Below, piece by piece: positions 39,692 through 51,701 of a stretch of DNA of 64,000 nt. Both the position numbers and the translations under genes were made by a program. How positions within the stretch are numbered: the first letter of the stretch is position 1; every line of letters starts with the position of its first letter. The notes under the pieces are model-generated. The model was not told where the DNA came from and did no database searches. It saw only the letters and a program-made list of their open reading frames with translations. Source of the stretch: Schmidtea polychroa (taxonomy: Eukaryota); assembly GCA_044892525.1 (NCBI GenBank), contig CM097885.1, forward strand, positions 53,632,001-53,696,000, given 5' to 3'.

Positions 39692-41806
39692 CAGTGAAGT
39701 CTCTCACATCCGCCAAAAATGGGACTTCGAAAAAACGTGGCGGATATTAGAATCCGAAAAACATTTTTAAAAATGTTGAGATAACAAAATCGAATCAAAA
39801 TTCAAAAGTTTATTTAATAATATCAATTGCTTTATTTATTCATCTGGGAAAAACCAATCGATTTTATGAATAACGTATTTTATTTTTACAAAAAATGCGT
39901 GATTGTTATGAAATAATTATGTACATTTTTATAAAAATAAGTGTTAACTGTGCAATATTTATTTTCTAATCACCCAATTTCTTAAATTGCATTTTTCGTC
40001 CTTTTTCAAGGCCTTGCTTATTTCATTTAATCCAATAACACCATTAACGTCAAATTTTCCTGGCTGATTTAAAAAATCTTTGATTACTTGTAAAGCTTGA
40101 TAAGCTTCTTTTTTAGTGATATTTTTTGGATTACCAGTGTCTTTATCTTCCGCTAAATCATCAACCTCATCTTTATCAGCACAGACACTTGTAATATTAC
40201 CCTCCTCAAAATTGTTTATTTCTTCTAATAAGACATCATTTTCATTAAATTCTATTTGAAGAAACTCATCTTCCCCTATAGGATCAGTTACATTAGCTAT
40301 GGAAATGAACTCATCGTAATTTTCAATATGACAATCCTCAGCTAAACTTGAATTTTCAATTATCTCTGACATGTACCAATTTGCATGTCTAAAACAATTG
40401 ATGATACACATTTCGGTAACTTCCTTCCATGAAAAATAAATAAAAAGTATAGCATCTTTGATGGATAGCCTTTTATAGGCATTAAAAGTGTCCACTCCAC
40501 TTTCGACTTTTTCTATAATGTCACATAACTTTTTAGATAAGAACAGAGTTTTAAAAGATTTAATTATACCTTGATCCAATGGTTGAATTTTAGCAGTTGC
40601 ATTAGGAGGTAAAAAAATAACCTCTATCGATTTTAATTCAACGTCTATTCTATGAGCAGGACAATTGTCAATTATCAATAAAACCTTTTTAGATATTTTT
40701 CCAAATTTGAAATCCCATTCTAAAAGCCAGTTGTTAAAAATTTTAGCTGTCATCCAGGATCTGATAGAATGTTTATAATTTACAAAAAATGAAGGATCAA
40801 AGTTTTTGAAACAACGAGGTTTCTCAAATCTTCCAATGACTAAAGGCTGGTGTTTGTGGGTGCCAGTCATGTTGACACAGAATAGCACTGAAAGTCGATC
40901 TTTCAATAATTTAAAACCTGTTCGGATGTTTTTACACACTGTTTTCGATGGAATTAATTTATAAAAAAGACCCGTTTCATCTGCATTGTAAACATTTTCT
41001 TTACCATATTCACTAATTTTTTTTGAAAGGAAATCGAGAAAATTGTTATAATCAGATGAAACCTGACCATATGATTCTCCATGTAATCTTCTGAGTTTCA
41101 AACTGTGACGTGCTTTAAATTTTCTTAGCCAACCTTTTGATGCTTTGAATTCTGTTATTTTCAGATCGTTGGCAATTTTTAATGCTTTATTAGTCAATAA
41201 ATCGTCATTTAAAATTGCACCCACTTTCTCTAATTCATATATCCATTCTGATAAACGCCTGTCAATGGACTCATACTTTAAGATAGGCATTTTATGATTA
41301 TTTACATATTCTGAATTTATATCTGATAAAAATTTTTTTTCATTTCTTTTAATGTCATTAATTGTGCGCCGAGAAATAGTTTTTTTAAACTTGATCGAAA
41401 ATATCTCTGCAACTTTACAATCAGATATCTGTTTATTCATGTTTAGATATCGCAGAACATCAATTTTCTCTTTTATCGACAACCTTGTACATTTTCTTTT
41501 TGTCATCTTTAGGCTAAAATGAAAAAAATTAATGTAAATAATAATAGATGGAAACAACAATGTTAAAATTAAATATTTAAATTTAAATTATGCAATTAAC
41601 AAGGAAATTAATAATATTATAACAAAAAGAATGAAAATTCCATCCATTTAAATTAATTTAAGAAATTTTATGTTAAAAATACGAGAGAAGTGTGGCGATT
41701 ATTAGAAACAGGTGGATATCAGAATTTTCTCATATAAAATTTTTTCATGTGGCGGTTATTAGAGCGTGGCGGATACGAGGATGAGCGGATACGAGACACC
41801 ACACTG
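39692..41806 (-). mobile_element. Full-length Tigger/pogo DNA transposon, left arm only
   Basis: Imperfect 22-bp TIRs (CAGTGAAGTCTCTCACATCCGC vs CAGTGTGGTGTCTCGTATCCGC), TA TSD, and the empty site visible in the right arm at ~42205-42220. Confidence 0.95.
39959..41506 (-). CDS. Tigger/pogo (CENP-B-like) DDE transposase, intact, ~515 aa
   Basis: HTH_psq (RLSIKEKIDVL), CENP-B HTH (FKASKGWLRKFKARH) and DDE_1 motifs YNADETG, LIIDNCPAH, IQPLDQGII. Confidence 0.95.
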   Translation of the reverse strand: MTKRKCTRLSIKEKIDVLRYLNMNKQISDCKVAEIFSIKFKKTISRRTINDIKRNEKKFLSDINSEYVNNHKMPILKYESIDRRLSEWIYELEKVGAILNDDLLTNKALKIANDLKITEFKASKGWLRKFKARHSLKLRRLHGESYGQVSSDYNNFLDFLSKKISEYGKENVYNADETGLFYKLIPSKTVCKNIRTGFKLLKDRLSVLFCVNMTGTHKHQPLVIGRFEKPRCFKNFDPSFFVNYKHSIRSWMTAKIFNNWLLEWDFKFGKISKKVLLIIDNCPAHRIDVELKSIEVIFLPPNATAKIQPLDQGIIKSFKTLFLSKKLCDIIEKVESGVDTFNAYKRLSIKDAILFIYFSWKEVTEMCIINCFRHANWYMSEIIENSSLAEDCHIENYDEFISIANVTDPIGEDEFLQIEFNENDVLLEEINNFEEGNITSVCADKDEVDDLAEDKDTGNPKNITKKEAYQALQVIKDFLNQPGKFDVNGVIGLNEISKALKKDEKCNLRNWVIRK

Positions 41807-44800
41807 TACCATAATTTACTTTAATTTAAAATTTTAGACCATAATTTTCATGTAAAATTGTCATTGAAAAAATTTTCATTTCTCAGGCGCCGTTTAGTAG
41901 GTAGTTAGGAGCCCGCTGCAAATGCAAGCCTTTTTTTTGCTGCAACTATTGATTGCGCAATTGTTGCAACTTGTTTTTTTTTGTATTGAAAATCCTAGAA
42001 AAAAAAATAAGCGTAGCTTACTGTACAACAAAAAGAAACGAGTTGCAACAATTGCGTAATCAAAAGTTGCAGCAAAAAAAAGTTGCAGCAGACCCCCCCC
42101 CCCGCGGGCTACTAACTACCTACTAAACGGCGCCTGAGAAATGAAAGTTTTTTCAATGACAATTTTACATGAAAATTATGGTCTAAAATTTTAAATTAAA
42201 GTAAATTATGGTATATATTTTTAAACTTAAGTAAATTAAAGATAAATAAGCAAATAAAGGTCTAAAATTTTGAATTAAAGTAAATTAAGGTCCAAATTTT
42301 GAATTAAAGTTACTTAAGGTTCAAAATTTAAAATTAAAGTAAATTACGGTTCTAAAAAATTAAATTAAAGTTAATTAAGGACCAAATTTTTAAATTAAGT
42401 AATCAATGGTAAAAAATTTAAATTAAAGTTAAGTAAGTAAATTAAAGTAATAATTTTTAAATAAGTAAATTAAAGTAAGATTTTAAAATTTATTAACAAA
42501 AAGTTGAAATAATAGAAGGTGTTTGAGAATTGAAATTTTTTAATGAAAATTTTTATGAAATAATTTTTTAAATAATTTTAGATGGAAATTTTCATGAATA
42601 ATTTTTAGGATAATTTTTAATGAAAATTTTAAATGAAAACTTTATTGGATTATTTTTCAATGACAATTTTAGAAAAAAAATTTTTGAAATAATTTTAGAT
42701 GGAAATTATGTAAATTAAGGGATACATTTTTAAATTAAAGTAATCAATGGTCTATATTTTAAACTTCTTTATTCGGTAAACAAGGACTAAATTAAGTAAA
42801 TAAAGGGTTAAATTAAAGAAAATTATGACTAAGTTAATTAGATTTAAAGAATAATTACCTTTTCATTTAACACTACAGTGTTAATTCTTACCATTTTAGA
42901 ATAATATTTTTTATCAAAGTTCTTATCTTGATTTATTTAAATTTAATTGAATGTAATGACAAAATAGAGCGTGTTGTCTTCAATTTTAATGAATTAATTT
43001 GAAAGATTATTTAGATAAATTTTGGTGTCTAAGGTATTCATTAGTATTTTTTTAGAGTTGATGGTTTTGTGAATTTTTATCATTTTCGTGAATTTCATGT
43101 GGATTGAATGAATATTTAAAAATTTTAAGTTAGTTCTAAGATAAATTTAATTAATTTCTTGATAATTGGATGCATTTTTATTGATTGGTTTTTTAATTTT
43201 AAATAAAAATTATTTTTAATCACAGTTAGGTTAATAATCACGTGATAGGATATAACTTTGTAATAATATTTTTTTCATATATTTTCTAAGAATTTCATGT
43301 TGATTTATTAAAAAATTTAAAGTTCTAATGATGATTTTAATTGAATTTCTTGATAATTTGTTAAATTTTAAATAAAAATTAATTTTTTTTTAATGACTGT
43401 TAGGTTAATAATTAAGTAATTGGTTTAATTTTAGATGACTTTGTAATGCATTTGACTAAATAATTTTTTTCAATAATTTTCTAAGAATATTTACACATTG
43501 ATGAACTTTTGAAAAAAACATAAGCTAAGAAACCAGTTAACTTTATCTGGGATAGATATTTTAAATTTACTTGAAATTTATGATTTAGTTTGTTATTATT
43601 GCTTGAAAATGATTGGTTGAATCGTTGAAGAATTATGGTCAATCAATATATATCATCTCTAGTTAGGTATTTGATGGGTTAAATATTTGTAGAAAGCTTT
43701 TGTGAACTTTGATCTTTTACTACATGAATTTAGATACTAAATTATTTCATAGATGTATTTTGGATGTCGATAACAGTTAATAAAAATTCATATTTTTGAA
43801 GAATTCTCTAAGAATTTTAAGAGGATTGATTGAATTAAAGGAGGATTCAAGTGGGTAGAATTAATGGATATAGTCGGATAGATGTTTAAAGGGGTAGAAA
43901 TATTTGGTGAGAGATCGGTTAAGCTGGGATATTGTCGGTGAGATTTAATGAGGGATTGGATAAGGTGGGAAAATATGATCTTTTAAGGGGATATAGTCGG
44001 TTAAATTTAATGAGGGATAGGTTAAGATGGGAATATATGATCTTTTGAAGGGATGTAGTCGGTTAAATTTAATGAGGGATGGGTTAAGATGGGTATATAT
44101 GATTTTTAAAGGGATATAGTCGGTTAGATTTAATGAGAGATCAGATAAGGTGGGAATATATGATTTTTTAAGGGCGATGTTGGTAAAATATCAATGTTTT
44201 AAGGGAAATGGTAATTAGTCAGTTATGAATCGATAATAATTTGAAATTATATCGTTTTATTAGATTGTAATGAATGCATAGTAAATTAATTTAGATTTAT
44301 GTTTTAGAACAATGTTTTATTAAGTAGGGATAATGATTGATTTACTTTGTTTTGACAATGAAATCTTAACAGATAATTGGGATTGATATCAACTTTAAAT
44401 TATTTTTATCTTTCTTTAGACGGACAACGACAAAGTTGGAAATATTGATTTAAAACGTCGACTAAAGAAAATCGATCTTTATTGGGAGAAATCTATCGGG
44501 TGATTTTAATTAGTAATTAAATCGGTTGAATATCGGTAAAAATGATCATTTGAAGAAATATGGATAAATTTAATCTTTCTATGCAACTACTCAGTTATAT
44601 TGTACAGTCAAATTTCAAGCAATATTTATTTTAAATTTCGAGTATAGTGATTAACAAAATTTTAATTATAACCAGTTTTATCATTAGATTTTATAAATTA
44701 TTTAGGGTTAATGACCAATTTATTTTACATGTTTTATAGGGAAATATTCGTGATAATATGAATTAAAGTTAGAATTATAGTCATTCAAAGGGGATTTTAA

Positions 44801-45383
44801 GCAATCTTATTAGTCTGAGGTAAATATATAGCCTTTTAATGATATTTATCGATAAAATACTTATCTTTAAAGATAGAGTTATTTCAGGGAAATTTGATGC
44901 TTTTTAGATGATTTTAGTGAATTATTTTTAATAATATGGATTAAGGGTAGAAATATAGTCATTTAAGAGATTTTAAAGAATCTTGTTAGTTTGAGGTGAA
45001 TATATGATCTTTAACAAGTACTTATCATTAAAATATCAATCTTTAAATATTGATATATTTGGGGAGAAAATGATTCTTTTTAGATGATTTTATTGGAGAA
45101 TTCACTTGGATATACCAATTATTGTCATTTAAATGAATTTACTGGTTTGTTAGATGTTATCATTAATTATCTAGTCTCTTTTGGAATTAAATGATAATTA
45201 CTTTTATTGTAGATTGCTGACTTTGATAATTGTAATGAATTTATACTGAATTTTTGAATATATTGAGCAATCAGTCAATCAATTTCAGTACATGTATTAC
45301 TTTTACAAAAATAATTAAAATTAATTTATTCAATCTAAATCAATTATCTACTAGATCTTATTTCAAAATTCTTATTAATTTAT

Positions 45384-45596
45384 TAACTTAATTGATTCAA
45401 CTTGAATGATCAGTATTTTTTTATTTACTGGATGATTAATGACTAGAATTCATTCTTGTTCATTAATTACATTTCTATAATAATTATTTGGTATATTTTG
45501 AATAATTTAAATTTTTACAATTATTTAATCAATTTTTACCTAGTTATTGATGCCTTGAGTTCAATTAATTTTTCATCCAATTTTTCAAGTGAATAG
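45384..45596 (+). repeat. 213-bp host segment duplicated on both sides of the Polinton (second copy 60470-60682)
   Basis: TAACTTAATTGATTC...TCAAGTGAATAG is present directly before and directly after the element, but only once in the left palindrome arm. Confidence 0.9.
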
Positions 45597-46611
45597 AGTA
45601 GTGAGAAATCCATGCACCCCAGCACCCCCACCCTCAAAAAAAAACAGCGCTATTGACCCATATTTTCCACATTTATATGCTTTTTTACCCCATATTCTTC
45701 ACTTTTTTTAACTTTTAAACTTTGTCCCCTATTGCCATTAACCCTTAATTTCTTCCCTTAAAAGTAAAAAAGTTCGGAATAGATGTATTTATAGATTAGT
45801 AATTCCGAGAAAAGGTAACGGGGTGCATAGATTCCTCACTACTTGGTCTTAAGGATTTAATGTTATAAGGATTTAATGTTATAAGAATATCAGATTACCT
45901 AATTCATAATGATCTAGGTCGCCTGATCACCTTAATGTTTTGAAAGTTTTAAAAAAAAAAATTTTATGAAATAGTAAAACTGCTCTGAGGGGACAGTGGT
46001 ATTTTTTTTTTTTTTCACTGTCCCCTCAACAGTTTTTTTTTGATCCGGATCATTTTTTTTATTCAACCTCTTTCGTTTATCAAATCTCTTCCAATATACA
46101 AGCTGGCCAGACTCATACATCAGAATCAATTCGATAATAGCAGCACACCTTATTATTCGCTTCTCGCTCGAATACGATTTCATCGTCGTTTTAAGTGTGC
46201 TGCTCGAAAGTACAAATGAATTCGAAAGCGAATCCGAAAGAGGTCCGAAAACAACTGAGAAATAAATGTGCACATTACCGGAATCGATCCGGGGGTGTTC
46301 GAAAGACAGGTGGCGATAATTACCGGTTCGCCACCATCACCCGTTTCAATATTTTTTTTTTCATATTTATGTTTAAAAAATAATTAATTAATAAAAAAAT
46401 AAAATAAAATAAAATAAATAAAATAAAATATACAAGTACTTTATAAATATAAGATACCCACACTATTTTCAATATTATTTTCAAATTTTTAATTTTATTT
46501 TTTGTTGAAAAAAAACTAATTTCAGATGTGATTTGAACCACTATCCATTTGAACCACTGTGCCAGTCTATTCCCACTGCGCCATCAAGTTTGGATTTTTT
46601 GTCATTTTTTA
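45597..46611. repeat. Polinton left terminal inverted repeat (~1015 bp)
   Basis: Reverse complement of ~59452-60469 with a few substitutions and homopolymer length differences. Confidence 0.93.
46518..46591 (-). ncRNA. tRNA-like Pol III unit in the left TIR (mirror of 59472-59545)
   Basis: Minus strand carries A-box TGGCGCAGTGG, B-box GGTTCAAATC and a downstream T8. Confidence 0.5.
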
Positions 46612-46720
46612 AATTTTTATTATAAAAATCTAAAAATTATACTGTCACATTATGAAAATAAATATAAAAACATCATAAAAAATCAAAACAGGGTATCCAA
46701 TAAAAAATTTATTTCTAAAA

Positions 46721-49700
46721 ATGAATTGTAATATTTGTAATAAAGTTTTTAAAAATAAAACTGGATTGATTTCTCACTTAAAATCGAAAGCTCATTTATT
46801 AAAAGAAAATAATCTTAATGACACAAATTCAAAAGTTTGTCCTAAATGTAAAGGAAGATTTCTACATTCTGGATATAATAAACATTTTGAAAATTGTATC
46901 GGGAAAAATAGAGAAATATTTACATGTCCTCATTGTAACTTTTCAACAAAACTAAATTTCTATTATTTAGAACATATAAAAGAATGTAAAAATAAAAAAC
47001 AAAATTCTGACGATGAGGAATGTCATTCAGAAGGGGAACCTGATCATGTTGAAAGAGAAAAATATAACTGGGATAATTTTAATCATATAGATGAATTTCA
47101 ATTAAAAATTAATGGGCCTGCAACTCCTGGAGAATATATAAATAAAAATAAAAAAAATATTAAAAATTCTTTCACTGAAGCTTTAAAAAATTATAAACCG
47201 ACAAGGTATAATGTTATAAAATATAAAATTATAATCAAAGCAAAATACTGGCGAGGAGCAGAAGAAAAGACAACACCCTTAGAAGTTGAAATTGGAATAC
47301 CTTTTAAATATTTATTTTCAATTAAAGGATTTGATAAAACCATCAAAGAAATAATTAAAGCAGCAGAAGCAAAACAAGAGGAAGTAGAAAATGAATTAGG
47401 AGATTCAAACTTAGTATTCAACTCTTTCCAAACTTTAGTGATTGATTATTGGAGAGGATTACCACCCAATCCTAAATCTTATATTCCTACACCCTTTAAA
47501 TCTAAAAATGTTATAAATGTACAGAATAATGATAACAAATGTTTCATCTGGTCAATACTTGCACATTTACATCCTCAAGCAACAAATCCCCAAAGAGTTT
47601 CAAAATACAAACAATATGAAAATGAATTAATATTTCCCAAAGGATTCAAACACCCAATGAAACTAGAAGACATTCCAGAATTTGAAAAATTAAATAATCT
47701 TAAACTTAATATTTATGAACATGTTATAGGGAAAGAAATTATTCCAATTTATATTTCAGATAGTGGAACCAAGGATAACGGAGCACAGGACAACGAGATA
47801 TATCTTTTAATCTTGGAACAAGAAAATAATCAACATTATGTTTTAATAAAAAACTTTCAAGCTTTTACATCTCCAGAGAATCCAACTAGTGGAGGAGGAA
47901 CATGTAAAAGATGTCTTCATTATTCAACAACTAAAAACTCTATGATTAAACATACAAGATTTTGTGAAAAAGATGATCCAGCTTTAATTAAAATGCCTAA
48001 TAATCCCAAGATGTATTTTAAAAACTTTTCAAATTTACTACAAACAGTTGGAGTTCTTTATGGTGACTTTGAATCTATAAACCATAAACAAGATTTGGTT
48101 TATCAATATTTAAAAATAATAGAAAAAAATAAACTCATGGATTTATGGAACTCCTCAGGAGAGAAGATGAAACCAGAGAGGATGAAAGCCTTTCTAAGAA
48201 AAAGAAATAAACCTAATAGTGTTAAAAAAACTAAACAATTACCATCTGCTTATAAATTATTATTTAAAAGTAATTATCCTGAACTCATAGAATCTAGAGA
48301 ATATTCAATTCTAGGAGGTACCCCTGAAGAAGTCTTGAATCACTTTACTAAAAGTATAAATGATTTAGAACATGAAATATATAAAATATTAAAAACAAAG
48401 TATCCTCAAAATATTTCTAATCAACAACAACAAGAATATGAAAATACTTCCAACTGTTGGATGTGTAAACAGAATATTCTTCCTGATGAAAAAGTTATAG
48501 ATCATGATCATTTAAAAAAGGAAAATAATTATCGAGGAGCAGCTCATAAAAATTGCAATCTTAATTGCCATACTCCTAAATTTATACCTGTTATATTTCA
48601 TAATCTTTTTGGATATGACATACATCTATTTATTAAACACCTCGCAGCAAATGCTAAAAACTCTTTCAAAGTTATCGGCTTAACAAAGGAAAAATATAAA
48701 TCAATTGAATATGGAAAATTAAAATTTATAGACTCGTTAAACTTTCTCCAAATGTCTTTAGATGCAGTAGCAAAAACAATGAAACCAGAAAATTTTAAAA
48801 TCACTCGAGAATTCTTGGAAAAAAATAATATTCCTCTAGAAGAATATCCTACATGTTTAGCAAAAGGAATATATCCTTATGACTATGTTGACTCGTTTGA
48901 AAGATATAATGAAACAAGTCTTCCTAACAAAGAAGATTTCTTTTCAAACTTACTACAATCAGGGATTACAGATCAAGAATATTCTCGAGCATTAAAAATG
49001 TGGGAATTATTCAAGTGTAAAACTTTAGGAGAATATAGCAACATGTATTTATCCTTAGATGTTTATATTCTAGCAGATTGCTTTGAAGAATTTACAAACT
49101 CTTTTGTTCTTAAACCTTATAATTATATAACAGCACCCTCTTTAGCTTGGGATACTTTATTATATACCATTTGGACTTCAAATATAGAAGAATCTGATAA
49201 AATTATAGATCTTTTAACTAACCTCGATATGTTTAACCAAATTAAAACAAACATTAGAGGAGGAGTCTCTTCAGTAATGGGGAATAGAGAAATAAAAGCT
49301 AGAAATGCAATAACTACTAGCCGAAGACTATCTAAACACCCTGATGATCCATATATGAAAATTAACAATGAGGAATTAAAAGAATTATTAGAAACAATGA
49401 AAAATCCTATATTTATACTTTATATAGATGCAACAGCTTTATATTCAGGAATTATGACTCAATTTTTACCAATGGGTGATTTCACTGAAATAGAGAACCC
49501 AACAGATGACCTTATGAAAGAAATACTTTCAACATCGAAAGATTCTCCAATAGGTTACTTTATAGAATGTGACCTCGACTATCCAGATGATATAAAATCA
49601 GGAACAAGATATTATCCTTTAGCCCCTATAAGAAGAAAGATTAATGTTAACGAACTTTCTAATTGGCAAAGGAAACAAGATAAACCTCCAACAATGAAAC

Positions 49701-51002
49701 TTCTTTGTGATCAAACAGATCGAAGGTTTTATCTTTGTCATTATCGCTTACTACAGTTTTACCTCACACATGGAATGATATTAAAAAAAGTTCACAGTAT
49801 AATAAGATTTCGACAAGCACCATTTATGAAACCCTTCATCGAAGAGAATATTAGGTGTAGAAATATCGCAAAAAGAGCAGGTAATGCATTCCTTGATTAT
49901 ATATATATATAAACTTTTAAACAATGCAGTCTTTGGAAAGACAATGGAGAATATAGATAAATATACTAATATTAAACTTTTAACTAATTCTCCTAAAGAT
50001 ATTAAACGTTATAATCGTATGCTAGGAAAGCCCACATTTAAAAATGCACAAAAGTTTTCTGAAAGTCTTATTGCAGTAGAACTAAAGAATTTTGAGAAAA
50101 CATATAATAAACCAATATTTATTGGTTTCTCAATTTTAGAACTTTCAAAATTACAAATGTATGAAACATACTACAATGTCTTACAACCTATATATGGTTC
50201 TAATATAGCAATGCATGCAATGGATACAGATTCAATGTTTTTAACAATAAGAACTGAAGACCTTGAAAGAGATATGGAAAATCCTATACTTTCAAATTTA
50301 CTAAATTCATCTGGAGAATTATTTTCGTTTAAAGATGAAAAACCTTTTACTCCTATAGATAGTGCAGTATTTATTCGTGCTAAACAATATTCATACGAAA
50401 CATTTAAAAAACCAATATTTGAAGATCAAGAAATTATATTTAAATCCCCCAAAAAAGAGAAAATTATTTCATTTAAATATCCTATATTCCTGGAGGATGA
50501 GAAACCTGTAAAGGATAACAGATGTAAAGGAATACAGAGAGTGGTTGCAAAGAATCTTTCTCATCAAGATTATATAGATACATTGAATCCAAATCATAAA
50601 GATAAAATTGATGAAATACATCAACTTAAAAGTGAAAACCATGATATTCACTTGATAGAATCTCAAAAAGTATCATTATCAAATTATGATGATAAGAGAT
50701 TCATACTAAGTGATTTAAAGACAACTCTACCTATTGGAAATAATTTAATCCCTATAATAAAAAATCTAGAAAAGTTGAATAAGTTATATGATACAAAGAT
50801 TACTGATCTTGATATTTATAATGTTGAAATTATTTATCCCGAGAGAGAAATCGAGAAACCTTTATATTCTCAAGTTTTTAATCCTATATGTTTAGAACTT
50901 AAATATTTTAATACTGATCCTGAATATATAAAAGGTCTAAGTGATAAAGAATTTAAAGATCATAAATTAATGATTCATAGGTTGGCTTTCAACCATAACT
51001 GA
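46721..51002 (+). pseudogene. Protein-primed family B DNA polymerase with N-terminal zinc fingers and an endonuclease VII-like insert; frameshifted at 49898-49910
   Basis: Exo motifs YGDFES, FHNLFGYD, DVYIL; CWMC...DHDH...YRGAAH..CN; motif A LYIDATALY in the first ORF; motif B KLLNNAVFGK and motif C DTDS in the second ORF, separated by a (TA)n run. Confidence 0.93.
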
Positions 51003-51096
51003 AACCAACGATATTTAATTTTTTAATAATAAAATGTCGACAATTAATTTAAGCAACTATAGCAACCTGATCTACTTTTTTAAAAATACACCCATT

Positions 51097-51693
51097 TTAT
51101 AAGTAAGAATTCTTTAACCATTTTTCTCGAGATGTTTTTTTATTACTTATAACATTAGCCACCATGCCCTCCCTTTTTAATCTTATAACCTCATTCTTTA
51201 TATCTTGTATTATTTGATTTGATTTCATTATTTCTTCGTCTGTCAGGATTCCATCTTCCAAAGCTTTTAATTGAAATAAAAATAATTTAGAGATTCCTAA
51301 TTCTATTGATAAACAAACTTCTCTATATAAACTTTTCTTTTTAGAAGTATAAGATAATGAAACTATTTCAGTTAAGAAACCATCAGCCACAGAAATACTT
51401 CCAAGTATTACAGGTGCAAGAGTAACAACTGGTAAAGTTATGGGTAAAATAACTGTTAATATTGCAGATGCAAATCCTAAAGAATAACCTATAACTTATA
51501 AAACTGTATTCCCTTTATTCCATCTATTTTTAATTTTTTTATAATGCTTTAATAAATCTTGTAAATGTAAGGTTTCTGATTTAAATTCTTTTACTCTCAT
51601 AATTTCAAGTTCTGTGGGAGCCGAGGCCTTGGAAGAATAATATCCTGATGATCTCAATTCTGGGTAAATTTTTTCTTCTCTTACTTCTTCCAT
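51097..51693 (-). pseudogene. Conserved Polinton/adintovirus membrane-type protein (198 codons) with a premature stop
   Basis: The two listed ORFs are in frame across TAA at 51496-51498. The intervening 35 codons (VIGYSLGFASAILTVILPITLPVVTLAPVILGSIS) are hydrophobic; IYPEL..SAP and KALEDG..TDEE motifs are present. Confidence 0.7.
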
Positions 51694-51701
51694 TTTAATA
51701 A

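Noticed and set aside
45932..46541. Short ORFs in the Polinton TIRs (mirrored at 59680-60143)
   Set aside because: They cross homopolymer runs that differ between the two TIRs and show no protein motifs; treated as non-coding.
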